A DNA stretch of 64,000 nt from Gnetum montanum (Eukaryota > Plantae > Gnetophyta): positions 64,346 to 128,345 of the forward strand of contig MNCI01000167.1 of NCBI GenBank assembly GCA_015680685.1, given 5' to 3'. The position numbers were made by a program, and so were the translations under genes. Shown in pieces: positions 12,401 to 23,932 of the stretch. How positions within the stretch are numbered: position 1 is the first letter of the stretch; every line of letters begins with the position of its first letter. The notes beneath the pieces were generated by a model, which saw nothing but the letters and a program-made list of their open reading frames with translations, did not search any database and was not told where the DNA came from.

Positions 12401-13644
12401 ATAGCGCCCGATTTTCAATGTCCCCAATAACTTTCTCAATCGGTAGAGAGATTGGCCCAATCTCCTTTTTGCTCCAAATATCCCCCTAGTACTTCTATAC
12501 CAACTTGGCAATCTTCTTTCCATCTCTTGTAATAGCCCCTTCATGTAGTAGTTGGACATTGTTTTTTACTTGCCCTCTTCCCTTGGTCGATGCAAAAAAG
12601 AAACATGTGTTTCTGCCCCCCTCCCTGAGCCATGTGATTCTGGTCCGTTGCCTCCAATAAGCCTCCTCTTCCAGCGCTAGCTCCAGTAGGTCCCCCAGTA
12701 GCGATTGTCTCTTTGCTGCCAGATCCTCACCATTTTCCTATCGTGTTTGAACTTCTACTAGTCGCTGTAGCACCTGGGTCCAGAAATTTCTAAAGCCATA
12801 CTTATCCACAATTGCTTTGGCCTTAATCCTCATCTTGAGCATCTGTAGCTTGTGCTTTAGTAAATCTTTGGGTTCCTGTCCCCGAGAATCATTGCGCCGG
12901 ATGTCCTACACGAGTGGTCTTAGCTAAGGCTTAGATAGCCATGTATGTTCAAAATGAAAAGGCATGGGAGCCAAACATTGGTTTCCATGGAAGTGACATG
13001 TGATAGATCTATGGTCGGAGGCCTGCTACTCCTTTCTCATCACTTGCACATCAAGACTAAGAACCAACCTCGTACTCACCCAAACACTATCAATTTGAGA
13101 TTGGGCTTGATCTTTACCCCTCTTCCTGTTGCTCCATGTAAACCTGCACCCATCCACGCCTAGGTCCACCGATCCATGTTTGTGAAGAAACGCCAATGAT
13201 TTGTGGCTTACCAAAGAAGTAGTGCCATTTCCTCTAGTCTTCTCCCATTAGTATAGGTGTTGATTAAAATCCCCAATCAAAATCCGTCTCTCCTAATTTG
13301 GAATAACCAATGCAACACACTTTAATTCCTGTAAACGAACCTCCTAGTTTTGGGCACCATACACATATGTTCTCCTGGACCACATGTATTGTTTGACTCC
13401 AGTAGGATTCATCCACTGGTGTCAGCTGAAACCAAGATAGAATGGTGAGCTCGCCAACCCTACCTTTGCATGGGACCAATTGCGACATCTAGCCATTCCA
13501 TTGCAGCAAACAAAATTCTGACTGTTGCAACTTTGTTTCTTGTAAACAAACTACATCATAGCCTTCCCACCGAACAATCTCCTTCAGGGTATTTCTTTTG
13601 TAAGGTGTACCCTAGCCCTTGCAATTCCAAGACAATATCTTCAT
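9493..13644 (-). pseudogene. LINE B ORF2: APE-RT-zf-RVT-uncharacterised domain-coiled coil
   Basis: ORF fragments 13026-13214, 12159-12380, 11727-12092, 11382-11696, 11112-11333, 10686-11006, 10407-10649 and 10187-10372, with many deamination-type stops. Confidence 0.85.
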
Positions 13645-14070
13645 TGATAGCCCGATGATTGTTTGTGGTAGACCTCATTTAAGGTCTTTTGAAGCCCCAA
13701 ATCTATTTCCATTTGTGTCTATTTGCCTCGTGCAACATGCATACTAGGATGTCCAACCTTTTCCCCTTGGTGAAGCTGAAACAACCTCCCCCACAGCCTT
13801 GGTTGAGTTGTAACAAGGCGCAATCATGTCAAACATCGGTGGTTTGGAAGATCCCATGGCAACCAAAACCTAGCTTTCCAAGGGTGGAAGCTCCTTGTTT
13901 GGGGGACTTGATTGTTTGGTAATTGTCAATGGTGTACAAGGGGATTGTGTGGTGAGGCTCCACCAACTGTCCCTTGAGGTTGTACCATTGTAGACACTGG
14001 CTTCGAGGGCTTTGTTACAAGATGCCCATTTTGGATCTGGAACTAGCCTGCCTTGTTTGTCTATTGTTCT

Positions 14071-17000
14071 TTTTTTTTTGGAGTAATGTTTGACCTTATA
14101 TTAATCCAAAATAAATGTGTGAACAAATGTACATCGCGGGCCAATGCCTGCCATCACCTGAGGGCCACAGCCACATGCCCGTGCTGTGTGTGCGTACACG
14201 CCATCACAACAGCAATGCCACCAATCCCCAAATCTCGAAAGACCATGAGTTCAAACAAGCTTGATAGCCAGAGATAGTATGCCCTCGGAAATAGAGGGTT
14301 TAGTATTCATTCTTGTAGTTTCTCCCTTCCTAGGAGCCCCAAACGGTTGCGTTTTCCATCCATTAGTTTGTCGTATTTGCCGTATTTTCGCCCCCTCCCC
14401 TCGGTGCCCCAAAAGGCTGTACATTGCTCTCTCTCTCGGATTCGAGGCCTAGTTGGTCGGCTAGTGCAACCCCCTGGCCTTAGCCTTTGTTGGTGTCCCC
14501 AACACGGCAATAGTCGTTGTTAGCTATTGTGCCACAGCCCCCTGCCAAATCACGAGAAGTTGGGCTAGGCCTTTACGATGTTCTGTGAGAACATTCTCTA
14601 TCCATTGGATGTCCTGCAATTGTGTCTCGTTTGCCTCCCACCTAGCCTATTGTCGCATCTCCTCCCACCTATGTTGCCATCTCGCGCCCTCCTCCAACCT
14701 TGCCTGCTCAGCCACAGTGACAGGCCTCCATTAGTGTTCTGTTGCAGGAACACCCACAAGCATGCTGCACTGGCGCCATAGTGGAGGACGAACCAAAGGC
14801 ATCGACATCATTAGATAAAGACTCTTGTCGATCCGATTGCATTGCCTGGGCCGCCTGCCTAGAACCCCTACACCTTTGATAAACAATAGTTGTTGCCAAG
14901 TGGGCAAGGGGGGTACCCCTGCGCCATAACACAAGAATAACATTGGGCTGCCACCTCTTCAACGATTCCTAGAAGAATTGGGGAAAGTTCACACAGGAGC
15001 CTTTTTTGAGGTACTTCAAGAAAGTGAAATGCACCCCCACTAGTTTGTGGGGGTACCCAGACTAAACAAAGTACCTTTCAACCATCAACGCTACGTCTTT
15101 CCAGACGCCCTGTAACTCAGAACGCCTAATGTGCCTACTAATCGTCTTGGGAACCGACCCAGGAAAGAACTCCATGGCATCCATCTGTGCCCTTGCCACA
15201 AGGGCCACGATTTCCCCTACCGCCTCCACCCCCATTGCCTCCGTAAGCGCTTGCATGAAGACTTTAATTCTTCTGCCCCGAAACTACGTAGTCTCTCCCT
15301 TCTAGTTATTGGAAAATTGTTGTGGCTAAATTGGGTTCTCCCTCTAACTGTTTGAACATTTTTGCCCATTCCATGTGTTCCACCATCGCCCATAATTCGA
15401 GCATGTTGGTGAAATCTGTCCACGATGGTGCAAAGAGCAACCCTTGCTCCATGGCTGCCGTTGCCTCTAGCCACAGTAGGTGTGCCTCCTTGACCACCGC
15501 GGGCGCCGTGGGGAGCCGTTGCTCTCGAAAATCCAGCAAGTTCTGCTTCTTCCAGATGATCCACAATGTGTCAAGTCTTGTCGAGTCCCCGTGGATCCTT
15601 GCAACCTGTGCAGATTGATCTATCCGCCACACAACTTGTGAAAACAGGCACTTGTCCATAAAATGATTAAGCGTTTTTGGAGCCGCGTGGCAACATGGAC
15701 AACTATCCTCAATTTGTAACCCCCGCTCCCATATTGTGGCCTTCACAGGCAAAGCTGGGTGCATGATAAGCCACCCAAATGCCTTAATCTTCTCCAGGAG
15801 ACGACCTTTCTAGAGCATTGCCCAACCCTTCGTTGATAGATATACGGATTTTACCATCTCCTTCGGTTGTTGTCCCAGTAGGCCCATCGGTTCAATTTTG
15901 GCCACGAATTGGCACAAATTTTTCCAGAGATGAGAGTTGGTTGACGAGGACTCCCATTTACAGTATTTTCGTGTTAAAATCTGCACCCATGGCACTCCTC
16001 CAGCTACAGTTGCCATGAACCTATTTAGCAATCGATTCAGGCCCAGAGCAACCTTATCCTCAAATATCAATAGCCCAATACCCCTTGCCAGCCTAGGTCT
16101 TGTCGTTACCGGCCATGAGACCAATGCATTTTTCGGCCCCCTTTTCCATCGAACTAGACAAAATCTCTTACTATTCTATCTATTTTTTGCATAATACTGA
16201 TCAGTGGAGTAGCCATAGAAGTGGCAAAATGAGCAATGGCCATCAAGACCATCGTTGCCAATATCATCTTGCCCTTTCGGGACAAGAATTGGCCTGTCCA
16301 AAGAGCAGTCTTGTTTTGTACATGCTCCACCAATCCTTTCCAAGCATGCTGCCTATTCTAGTCAAAAATAGGCATACCAAGTAAAGTATCCTGGGCATTT
16401 CTTGGCAAAATACCCAATTTCTATATGAGCTTGGCCCTCACCGCCCCATCTGTGTGAATACAGGAGACAATTGATTTGCCCTTGTTCACCTCCAGACCAA
16501 CTTTGCCCTCATAATAATACCTTAGCCTGTGGCACCGCGGCTCGAGAGAAAACCATAGTATCATCTGCATAATGTGCCACTAAACTATTCACCCCAGCAA
16601 CCTGAAGTCCTTGAACCCCTTCCTCACGGCAATAACTTTGGAACATGTCCATAGCAATAATGAAAAGGCACGAAGACAGTGGATCCCCTTGTCTTAAGCA
16701 ACGCCTTGTGCTTGTGAACCCACATAGCCTGCCATCGATGTCCAGAGAGTATCGTCCACTGCGTTGTATCTGAATACATAAGTTGACAAACTTGGTATCA
16801 AAACCTTTCTCCACCATCAATCTCCATAGCACCGCCCAACTGATCGTGTCATATGCCTTAGTGATGTCAAGTTTGGTACACATTCCAGGAAATCTATCCA
16901 CACAGACCAAATGCAAAATCTCTTGTAATAGCAACACATTGTCTTGTAGAAAATGTCCCTTAATAAACCTAGCCTGATGTTCCCCAACCAACTTCCCCAT

Positions 17001-19592
17001 AAGCGGCACGAGATGCCCAACTAGCATCTTGGAGAAGACCCGCATCAACATGTTGCAAACTCCAATAGGTCAAAAATGTCTTGGGGCAGAGGGATTAGGG
17101 ACTTTGGGTAAAAGCACCACCCGTGAACAATTTATTTCTCTCCTAACCTACTGCCATCTGAGCATACTGTTATACGCATTCAGCAAATTGGGCCCCATGA
17201 GATCCTCATATTCCCTGAAGAATTTGATTGGCCTGCAGTAGTTCCTCTCGCGAGAAAGGGCATAACAACTGTGCATTATCTACTTGTGTGAGGACCTGTG
17301 GTATGTGTAGAGAGATGGGATCTATGGCCTACCAACGCCAGATATTCCCCCAAAACTCTTGCAGTTCTTCTAGCCCCTTCGTGCTACTGTGTGGGCCTTG
17401 CCTACCCATGCTCTCAATGATGTCCTAGGGCTTGTTCTTTTGTGCTTGATTTTGTCTTGTTGTGGCAAAGAAAAACTTGGTGTTCTTGTCCCCTTCCCTT
17501 ATCTAGGTCACCCTTGAGCGCTATCTCCAATAACTCTCCTCTTCCCTATCCAGGTCTTGTAGCTCCCGGAGAAGTTCTTGCTCCTTAGTATCCTAGGCCT
17601 CCCCCATTTCCTGTAGTTGTTGTATTGCCCTTAGTTCCTCCTGCACTTGTTGCCAATATCCCTTGAAGCTATATTTGTCCTCTGTTGTTTTGGCCTTAAT
17701 AGTGTGTTTGAGAGCTCTCAAATCCCCACTGAGGAACTGTTGGGGCTCTTACATCCCATTATCGCCTTGCCAAATAGTTGCCACCATGGGTCTGAGCCAG
17801 GCCTTAGTCAACTAGGCCTGCTCGAATTGGAATGGCTGAGGCCCCCACCTCCCCTGTGACTGAATATGACATAGAATAGATCAGTGGTTTGAGGCTTGCT
17901 GCTCCTACCCCTCTGCTGTGATTTGGAAATCCAACATTAAGCCCTCACTTACCTAGATACGGTCAATCCGAGACTGTACACGACCTAGACCCCTCTGGCG
18001 GTTACTCCAAGTAAAATTATAGCCCAGGATTTCTAGGTCAATCAGTGCATATTGCCGCAGAAACTCAATACATGCCTCAGCCCACGGAGGATTAGTGCAC
18101 TCATTAACAGATTTTTCCCAATAGTAAAGTTGCCCTGGTTAAAATCCCCCATTACCATCTAGCTGGCCGTATTCGGGATATGCCTGGCCATCCATTGGAG
18201 TTCCTGAACCCTTGCCTCCCAATTTTGTGCCCCATAATAGTTTGTAAGCCAGATATTCCTTTGCTGCATATACACTGTTTGACTCCAAGCTGACATATCC
18301 TCCAAAGTAACCAAAACTCTAGCTAAGATGGCCAACCCCCTTGTGTGGCCCCTATTGGGCACAATGTGGGCATTCCAAGCCTCCCAATTCAGTAGTTGCC
18401 GTTCAGCCATTTGAACCTTTGTTTCTTGCAAACACACAACTTCACAATTGACCTCGCTCACCATCCTTCGCAGGGTATTTCTTTTGTACGGGGTACCCTG
18501 GCCTCGACAACTCAAGGATAAAATCTTTATGGTGAGGTAGACACTCGTTGGTGGTATACCTTTGGCAGCGTGCATTGTATCCCCAAATCTAGATCCAGCT
18601 GCATGGATTTCTTGTGCATTGTCGCCTTATCTAGGTGCCCAAGCTTGCTCTCTTGTTGATGTAGTACCTCTCCAACCGGGCTCCCTGCCTATCGAAGATT
18701 AATGTCCGACATCTTCGGGTTAGAAGAGCCCCTTCCCATAGTGATCCATTCCTCTCGCGGGGGTAGCTCCAACACGGCCCCCAACGGTTCGGTGGCCTTG
18801 TCAACCAGCGGTGTATGGGGGGACCTCGGTTCCCCTGTAGCTTGTGTCCCAATCGGGCTATCCCCCGCCTTTTGTGATCCTTCTGCTGTCTCCTCTCCTT
18901 GAGGCAGTTGAGGGATTGGTAACTCTTTTATTGGTTACTTCTACTTCAAGTCCTGATCCCCTCTGCCCACAGTTGTGTGAGGCTGTTGTTGAGGGCCCTT
19001 GGAAGCCCGTTGCTTCCAGATCTTGCCCTTTCGCCAAACTTTATTCCATCCTTGGGTGGCCTTTGTTGGCCCTTGACAACTGTCTGATGCAAGGCAGCTC
19101 TTCCCACTATCTTTCCAGTTCTCCTCCAGCCTCCTTGTGGGTAGATTTTCAAACTTCACCCGAATCCGTTCTTCCCCTCTTGCGGCATTGAAAATAATCT
19201 CTTTTACCTATTTTGCCAATTGCATTGACCACCACACGCAGAATCGTGCATGCCGCATCCGGTGCATGGATGCAGTAAATGTGTCAAATTGGATAAACTC
19301 TCCGAAGAGACCCGCCATAGACTTCAGGAAATCTGGTTCTCAATATTCCAGTGGCAAGTCCAGCAAACGGACCTAGACTAGCACATGGTCGAAGATGTAT
19401 GGATCCTGGTATGCCCCAGGTTGCCAAGGTGCCATGGCTAGGCCACAGGCATTGTAAAACCATGGGCCCCCCCAAGCAAAACCCTTTCCTGATCAGCCAA
19501 AGTAGGGAAAATAAACAGCAAACGGTCATCCGCCAGGCTTTGGACCCTAACCGTCTCCAACCCCCAAGTGATTTTGGCCCACTTGCGAATGA
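14071..19592 (-). mobile_element. L1-clade LINE, copy C (5'-truncated), nested in LINE B ORF1
   Basis: Poly(A) tail appears as a T-run at ~14070-14079. 16-bp TSD gtttgt(c/t)t(a/g)ttgttct at 14055-14070 and 19593-19608. APE 18159-18575, RT 16509-17051 (LRQGDPLS, HYADDT), zf-RVT in 15306-15764. Confidence 0.9.
14450..18530 (-). pseudogene. LINE C ORF2: APE-RT-zf-RVT-uncharacterised domain-coiled coil
   Basis: ORF fragments 18159-18575, 16509-17051, 15810-16124, 15306-15764 and 15062-15256. Confidence 0.85.
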
Positions 19593-19608
19593 GTTTGTTT
19601 GTTGTTCT

Positions 19609-20530
19609 GTAGTCTTTGTCGTGATTTTGGCTTTTCACCGAACTTTATAGTTAGTAGCCAGATGTCCCGGCTTTCCACAAGGAGAACAACCCTTCGTTGC
19701 TTTCAACACGGGTATGGCCTTCTCAAGGTTCTCATATTCTATTTGGATTTTTTCCTCGCCATTCGGAAAATCCAAAATCACTTCATTCACCAAGTCTTTA
19801 GATGAGAGCATCCTTCAAATGCAGAAACACACAAAACCCATCCTTGTTATTGAATTGGTAAATCGGTTGAGAGTAATGAAGTCACCGAAGAAACCTGCCA
19901 ATGTCTCTAGAAAATCCTATGTCCACATCTCCTAGGGGATATTTGATGCCCTAATCCACACTGGTGCCCTAGCAAACAGGTCTTCTTCCTTGTGGGCTTC
20001 CAGCCTCCACGGTGTAAGAGCAAGACTGCATGCCCCATAAAACCAAGGTCCCTCAACTAGAATCTGATCCCTTTCCTCCATAGACTGAAAGATAAAAAGC
20101 AAGAGGTCCCCTGTTAGACAGTGGACCCCAACATCTGGTATGTTCCATGTGGTTTGTGCCCACTTCATCACTAGATCCAGCCTAGGCTTGATTCCACTAG
20201 ATACAAACTTGTTGATGAGGCTCCACTCCATCGTTTTCACCCCCTCGTCGGATCACCCGCATACCTAGAGCCTCATAGTACCCTCCTATTGGGAGCAGAG
20301 CAGGCCTCGATGCAACCCATGCTCTGCCGCCAACCCACTCCGGTAGATGTTCTTGTCCCTAGGCCATCCCCCATACTCCAAATCGAGCCCCACCAAGCCT
20401 CTCTTGCCCTCTTGTGCCAACATTCCTGCTTCCCATGACCTTGGCCCCAACTTTTGCTCCTGCTCCCACCCCCACCTGCGCTCCCACTGGCTCTCTCACT
20501 TGTCCCTACTCCCGCTCCCACTCCTTCCAT
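19609..20530 (-). pseudogene. LINE B ORF1, 5' part (the remainder resumes left of LINE C at ~14054)
   Basis: ORFs 20273-20530 and 19932-20240 (DUF4283-like), then KDLVNEVILDFPNGEEKIQIEYENL..KGCSPCGKPGH. Confidence 0.85.
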
Positions 20531-21149
20531 GTCAAAATTTTTTCAAGGATCAGTGCATGTTAGTAGAATTCTGATGAGCAAAATAACAGATAAAAAGGTA
20601 TAGCAGGAAATATAAGAAAGAGGAAGGTTCTATTCTTGTCCTTAAAAAGGTTCTATTCTTGATGGATTGAAATTGAAAATTGAATATGATATTGTCCTAT
20701 ATATATAGATTATGACTTTAAAGGCACATTGATGTTTATATTCATGCTTGGCATGCATGATCTGTTCTATTATTACCTTCATTAATACCTGGTCTATGTT
20801 ATTAACCTTCTAACCACCTCTTTGGCCATGTTATGGACCCACTACGACAAATAATGGCATAAAGTAAATAATACAAAATACGTGACACCAACACCACAAC
20901 AAGTCTTACTAATTAACTTTAAATACGGTGGCCTTCCGCAAGGCAGTAACAAAGAAAGAACTTCAACATTTTATTATTTGTAATATAAAATACAATCCTC
21001 TTAACTCGATGAGGACTAGCAAGCTAACCATAACTAACATATGTCTAAATGGGAAAAAAATTCTTAAAGAGCATTGGTGTGATCTGGTGTGAAGATTTTG
21101 AAAGAAGCTGATTATGATTCACATAGATAAGAAGATAAAGATTTGCACC

Positions 21150-21383
21150 CAGGGTGTAGTACAGTTGTTAGTTTACTCATCTCTCAAGTTGTAGCACAGT
21201 TGTCAGGATACTCATCTCTCACAATGAAGGTTGTGGGTTCAATATGTGCTGCTGCTTATGAGTGTGGCAGTAGTAGAGTAGCCTTGTGGTTGGACAATTT
21301 CACAGTGGGTCCAGTTACCTTGCTGTCTGGGTAGGGGTTGTGCTACCAGCCCTGAGTTTCATTATCTTTTATTTTTATTTTTG
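21150..21383 (+). mobile_element. Putative tRNA-derived SINE with a duplicated head
   Basis: A-box-like tagcacagttg (~21192), B-box-like ggttcaat (~21236), GC-richer body and T-rich tail. The head segment is duplicated at ~21155. Confidence 0.5.
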
Positions 21384-21995
21384 GTAAAATGTCAGAGCTA
21401 TGATTCTCGAAGCACTTTTTTAGATAATTGTTAATAAATTGAATTTGGGCTTCCCATTGCATGAGGAAATGTTAAATATGAGTAATTTTTTAACAGTGGA
21501 TTTTTTAAAGAATAATAAGCATTTTGGAATATCCTGAGCTTTTTAGGTTCTTAAATCAGTCAAACAACATGATCAATGGTCTATTACATTTTCATCTAGC
21601 ATTTGTTAAGAAAAATATGAATGATCCATTTTTAAATACTGATCCATTCTTGACCAGTATTTACAGCTTTTTAATCTTGTTCTCAATGATCGATGCAGGT
21701 TAATTCCATTCCATAATCTACATTTTCTTTTCAATCTTGTACAGACAGAGACCATTCTGTTTGTGTACTTACGCTATAAGAACTATTAACATGTTGATTG
21801 AAAAGTGTTTATTAACAATGTCCTCCAAGATTTAATAATGAGGAAAATAAGAAACTGATTTTGAATATTTGTTTCTGGATGTTTTATTTGAATCCATTTT
21901 CTGCGATTTATGTATTATTTCTTGATTTGGAACGATAACATCATTTTTTTAATTGCTTTCTTGTTAATTGAAGCTTATGATGTTATTGTCTACAG

Positions 21996-22070
21996 ATTAA
22001 AGATGATATGAGAAGATCAACTTTTTATGCCTTGTTAGATTTATTTCAAGATAAGGATCTTGCTGTTAAG
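21996..22070 (+). CDS. IPO11: Importin-11 (KA120-like) exon: IKDDMRRSTFYALLDLFQDKDLAVK
   Basis: AG/GT borders, 75 nt, recognisable similarity to plant importin-11. Upstream exons were not seen in the window. Confidence 0.9.
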
Positions 22071-22225
22071 GTATGTTATGAATGAATAAGTTATTAGACT
22101 TGTAAAAATCAATAACTCAGTGCTTTTACATGATCTTGGGCACTTGCATTTCAGAATGTACTCAAAGCTGAACTTGAACTTTTTGAAGTCTTTTTATTGA
22201 TTATTATAAAAATGTGGCGTTGCAG

Positions 22226-22360
22226 CTTGCTACTTGTAGAGCGATGTTTTTCTTTTTCGAACAACTTCACTCTTGTGATGAAGATTTTGCGGAGTATTTG
22301 CCAAGATGTTTGGACATTTGTTTTCAGACAGTGAATGATGTAAAAGAGTTTGATTCAAAG
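22226..22360 (+). CDS. IPO11: Importin-11 exon: LATCRAMF...VNDVKEFDSK
   Basis: AG/GT borders, 135 nt, in frame, conserved EFDSK. Confidence 0.92.
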
Positions 22361-22461
22361 GTTTGAAAGCCAATCAAAGTTTTCTAATTTGCTGGTTCTG
22401 TTGATGGCTTTCTGTCTGATATAAGCTTATTAAATCTGTAGACTGCTTTTTTCTTCTACAG

Positions 22462-22554
22462 GTGCAAATTTTGAATTTAATCTCAATTATGATTGACCAT
22501 TTTGGAGAAAGGCTCTTTCCATGTACAGAGAGGCTAATGCATTTATTTTCCAGT
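22462..22554 (+). CDS. IPO11: Importin-11 exon: VQILNLISIMIDH...HLFSS
   Basis: AG/GTAAGT borders, 93 nt. Confidence 0.92.
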
Positions 22555-23244
22555 GTAAGTTCGGTAATCAAACTGTTGTACTGTGTAATTTTTGTTTCAG
22601 AGAGAGCTGGCATGGACGGTATAATGCTAGGCATTTTATTCTATATTGTTACACAATAGGTTTAATGTAGGGAAATTCTTCATCGACCTTTGTAGGAATT
22701 GGTTGTCCATACATGGCAGTTGGTTTTTCGATTACATATTCAGAGTTTCATTTTACTCCGTACATTTGCTTTCATGTTATAAATGAGAACCTTCTTGCTT
22801 GTACCGGTGACTTGGTGACTTCTGCATTTAATGACAATCTATGGCAGTTATTTAGCAACAATTAACATACAGTAATTGTTGCCTTCTCAACCAATATGTG
22901 AAGAGTTTGATCTATGACGGAGGCAGTGTTACACATATGTTTACAATAAAGTGGTAAACTAGCTATATTCTTGGGGGTCATCCGGTTCTTCTTCTTTTAG
23001 ATACGTGAATTTATAGCTATGTTGTGATGTTTTCTCCTTGGTTGAAATATTGTTTATTACAATTTTGTTGCAAACATGAATTTGTCTTAATTTAGCTGTT
23101 ATTACTCATTGTCATTATCACATGCTCTGCATGCTAACTTAGATTGTGGAATGATACACATTTTTCCATGATAGTTTTTTTCTTGAATATTATAATTTTT
23201 GCTTAAACACGAGTTGTTGACATACTTTGAAATACATGTAACAG

Positions 23245-23427
23245 ATTTGGGATGAATCAAGTGGTGAAAGTTTATTGAGAATTCAAGTTATTCTTGCTGT
23301 TCAAAACTTTGTGATTGCACTTGGCCATCGGAGTAATATGGTTTATAACATGCTGATACCTATTTTGCATTATTGTGTTGATCTTAACAATCCGGATGAG
23401 CTTAATTTACTTGAGGATGGAATGCAG
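23245..23427 (+). CDS. IPO11: Importin-11 exon: IWDESSGESLLRIQ...PDELNLLEDGMQ
   Basis: AG/GT borders, 183 nt, hallmark WxESSGESLL and PDELNLLED motifs. Confidence 0.95.
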
Positions 23428-23517
23428 GTTATTGCATATCTCTAATATGTGTACTGATTTTTTGTTCTTTTTCAAAGCAATGTGATATTATTAAAGCTGT
23501 TGTTGGTCTTGCTGCAG

Positions 23518-23622
23518 TTATGGGATACCACTCTTAATCATGCTACTTTGATGACACCCCAATTACTAGATCTTTTCCCAAAAATGGTTACCATTATGGA
23601 GAAGAGCTTTGATCATATACCG
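23518..23622 (+). CDS. IPO11: Importin-11 exon: LWDTTLNHA...EKSFDHIP
   Basis: AG/GT borders, 105 nt. Confidence 0.93.
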
Positions 23623-23773
23623 GTTGGTATCTACATTTAAGTTTACTTTGCACTCAATGATTTTGTTTTTATGTGACCAACAATCTCATTAAAATTTTGT
23701 TCCTAAAGCTGATTTCTTAAATAAAGTTATGGACACACTATGCTATATAATAATATGAATAATTTGTTTCAAG

Positions 23774-23932
23774 GTTGGAATGAAAATTACTGAAAGCTAC
23801 ATTCTCCTGGATGGGCCAAATTTCCTTAATATACATGCCTCTCGTGTGGTCCATATTTTGGATCTGATTGTCGGAAATGCCAATAATGCTGGATTGTTAC
23901 ATTCTCTTCCGATTATAGAATTGCTTATTCAG
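23774..23932 (+). CDS. IPO11: Importin-11 exon: VGMKITESYILL...PIIELLIQ
   Basis: AG/GT borders, 159 nt. Confidence 0.93.

Larger units (their letters stand above)
9141..20541 (-). mobile_element. L1-clade LINE, copy B (full length, interrupted by LINE C)
   Basis: TSD ttcaaggat(t/c)agtg(t/c)a at 9123-9138 and 20542-20557. ORF1 ATG at 20530 (WSLINKFV..GPWFYG..APVWIR; knuckle CSPCGKPGH ~19690). ORF2 ATG at 13644 (MKILSWNCKG), RT HYADDT, zf-RVT at 10686-11006. Confidence 0.9.

Noticed and set aside
20829-21040. Possible short solo LTR (tgtt...aaca)
   Set aside because: No matching TSD, PBS or PPT; boundaries are ambiguous.
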